64,000 nucleotides of DNA, from contig OZ024759.1 of the NCBI GenBank assembly GCA_964016885.1, positions 558,001 to 622,000 on the forward strand. The letters run 5' to 3'. Position 1 is the stretch's first letter. Each line of letters begins with the position of its first letter. Of this stretch, positions 61,901 to 64,000 are shown in pieces. This stretch comes from Eledone cirrhosa (taxonomy: Eukaryota). The position numbers and the translations under genes were made by a program. The notes beneath the pieces were generated by a model. It had not been told where the DNA came from, did no database searches, and worked only from the letters and a program-made list of their open reading frames with translations.

Positions 61901-63350
61901 ACAGTCTATATTAGTAACATGACAGTCTATATTAGTAACATGACAAAGTCTATATTAGTAGCATGACAAAGTCTATATTAGTAACATGACACAGTCTATA
62001 TTAGTAACATGACAGTCTATATTAGTAACATGACACAGTCTATATTAGTAACATTACGAAGTCTATATTAGTAGCATGACAAAGTCTATATTAGTAACAT
62101 GACAAAGTCTATATTAGTAACATGACACTGTCTATATTAGTAACATGACAGTCTATATTAGTAACATGACACAGTCTATATTAGTAACATGACGAAGTCT
62201 ATATTAGTAGCATGACAAAGTCTATATTAGTAACATGACAAAGTCTATATTAGTAACATGACACTGTCTATATTAGTAACATGACAAAGTCTATATTAGT
62301 AGCATTTACAAAGTCTATATTAGTAGCATGACACAGTCTATATTAGTAACATGACACAGTCTATATTAGTAACATGACACAGTCTATATTAGTAACATGA
62401 CAAAGTCTATATTAGTAGCATGACAAAGTCTATATTAGTAACATGACAAAGTCTATATTAGTAACATGACACAGTCTATATTAGTAACATGACAAAGTCT
62501 ATATTAGTAACATGACAAAGTCTATATTAGTAACATGAAACAGTCTATATTAGTAACATGACAAAGTCTATATTAGTAACATGACACTGTCTATATTAGT
62601 AACTTGACAAAGTCTATATTAGTAACATGACACAGTCTATATTAGTAACATGACACAGTCTATATTAGTAACATGACAAAGTCTATATTAGTAGCATGGC
62701 AAAGTCTATATTAGTAACATGACAAAGTCTATATTAGTAACATGACACAGTCTATATTAGTCACATGACAAAGACTATATTCGTAACATGACACAGTCTA
62801 TATTAGTAACATGACAAAATCTATATTAGTAACATGACAGTCTATATTAGTAACATGACAGTCTATATTAGTAGCATGACAAAGTCTATATTAGTAACAT
62901 GACAAAGTCATATTAGTAACATGACACAGTCTATATTAGTAACATGACACAGTCTATATTAGTAACATGACACAGTCTATATTAGTAACATGACACATTC
63001 TATATTAGTAACATGACAAAGTCTATATTAGTAACATGACAAAGTCTATATTAGTAACATGACAGTTTATATTAGTAACATGACACAGTCTATATTAGTA
63101 ACATGACATAGTCTATATTAGTAACATGACAAAGTCTATATTAGTAACATGACAGTCTATATTGTAACATGACACAGTCTATATTAGTAACATGACACAG
63201 TCTATATTAGTAACATGACAGTCTATATTAGTAACATGACAAAGTCTATATTAGTAACATGACAAAGTCTATATTAGTAGCATGACAAAGTCCATATTAG
63301 TAACATGACAAAGTCTATATTAGTAACATGACACAGTCTATATTAGTAAC
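58925..63350. repeat. 2,186-bp tandem duplication containing a nested 136-bp (6-monomer) duplication
   Basis: CAACGTC 59602/61788, AGTCACATG 60576/62762, CACATTC 60812/62998 and GTCCAT 61107/63293 are all offset by 2,186. ACGAAG pairs at 59872/60008 and 62058/62194 are offset by 136. Confidence 0.9.
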
Positions 63351-64000
63351 ATGAAACAGTCTATATTAGTAACATGACAAAGTCTATATTAGTAACATGA
63401 CACTGTCTATATTAGTAACTTGACAAAGTCTATATTAGTAACATGACACAGTCTATATTAGTAACATGACACAGTCTATATTAGTAACATGACAAAGTCT
63501 ATATTAGTAGCATGACAAAGTCTATATTAGTAACATGACAAAGTCTATATTAGTAACATGACACAGTCTATATTAGTAACATGACAAAGACTATATTAGT
63601 AACATGACACAGTCTATATTAGTAACATGACAAAGTCTATATTAGTAACATGACAGTCTATATTAGTAACATGACAGTCTATATTAGTAGCATGACAAAG
63701 TCTATATTAGTAACATGACAAAGTCATATTAGTAACATGACACAGTCTATATTAGTAACATGACAAAGTCTATATTAGTAACATGACACAGTCTATATTA
63801 GTAACATGACACAGTCTATATTAGTAACATGACAAAGTCTATATTAGTAACATGACAAAGTCTATATTAGTAACATGACACAGTTTATATTAGTAACATG
63901 ACACAGTCTATATTAGTAACATGACATAGTCTATATTAGTAACATGACAAAGTCTATATTAGTAACATGACAGTCTATATTGTAACATGACACAGTCTAT

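Larger units (their letters stand above)
1..64000. repeat. Tandem satellite DNA array, 23/21-bp monomer GTCTATATTAGTAACATGAC(AAA|ACA|A), about 2,800 copies, single orientation
   Basis: Every line consists of the monomer or a 1-2 nt variant of it. Cores start at 3 and 24 (21-bp unit) and at 47 (23-bp unit). Common variants are GTAGCATG, linker ATA, GTCATATT (-1 nt) and ATTGTAAC (-1 nt). I saw no unique sequence and no reverse-complement monomers. Confidence 0.99.

Noticed and set aside
1-64000. CRISPR array (partially palindromic ~20-23 bp direct repeat)
   Set aside because: Repeats are separated by only 1-3 nt of low-diversity linker. There are no unique spacers, no leader and no cas genes.
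1-64000. Repetitive protein-coding ORF (the 21-bp unit reads GTC TAT ATT AGT AAC ATG ACA = VYISNMT, with an ATG in each unit)
   Set aside because: The dominant 23-bp units shift the frame into TAG/TAA or TGA within a monomer or two. The minus strand also carries TAA and TAG in every unit. No meaningful ORF is possible.
1-64000. Long-unit telomerase repeat such as the 20-25 bp budding-yeast telomeres
   Set aside because: There is no G-rich strand. Multi-kb HORs with inherited variants over more than 64 kb indicate recombinational amplification rather than templated addition.
1-64000. Linker pattern (AAA/ACA/A/ATA) as an information-bearing code or synthetic barcode array
   Set aside because: The pattern is explained by nested tandem duplication and deletion of an ancestral ~1 kb module. 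Nothing supports a decoding mechanism or a design.
1-64000. Promoter elements (TATA-like CTATATTA, occasional TTGACA in ACTTGACA variants) or plasmid iterons
   Set aside because: These are incidental matches inside an AT-rich repeat, with no downstream gene or replication protein. Iteron arrays have a handful of copies, not thousands.
1-64000. Pure sequencing or rolling-circle concatemer artifact
   Set aside because: Variants recur at exact multi-kb offsets in a nested hierarchy, which random error does not produce. Individual duplications could still be mis-assembled and need read support.
1-64000. Definite centromere assignment or helical-phase curvature (21 bp is about two turns)
   Set aside because: Centromere function cannot be inferred without chromatin data. 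Most units are 23 bp and A-tracts are usually only 3 nt, so phased bending is unsupported.

Overview
The whole 64 kb window is one uninterrupted head-to-tail, AT-rich (~26-30% GC) tandem satellite array of roughly 2,800 short monomers. The consensus is GTCTATATTAGTAACATGAC plus a variable linker: AAA or ACA (23-bp unit), or A (21-bp unit). I see no genes, RNA genes, transposons, CRISPR spacers, unique DNA or orientation switches, and the array runs off both ends. The pattern is typical of eukaryotic heterochromatic (possibly peri/centromeric or subtelomeric) satellite, but I cannot assign organism, family name or function from sequence alone. Two kinds of structure are real. (1) The 20-bp core is an imperfect palindrome. 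(2) Rare variant monomers act as landmarks for nested higher-order repeats (HORs): an ancestral ~0.9-1.05 kb module, a 4,743-bp HOR at the left, and local tandem duplications of ~2.66, ~3.3, ~6.6, ~6.4, ~0.95/2.87, ~2.19 and 0.136 kb. Offsets were counted by hand from marker positions, and block boundaries are approximate (about +/-100 bp). I found no evidence of a new gene-based system.
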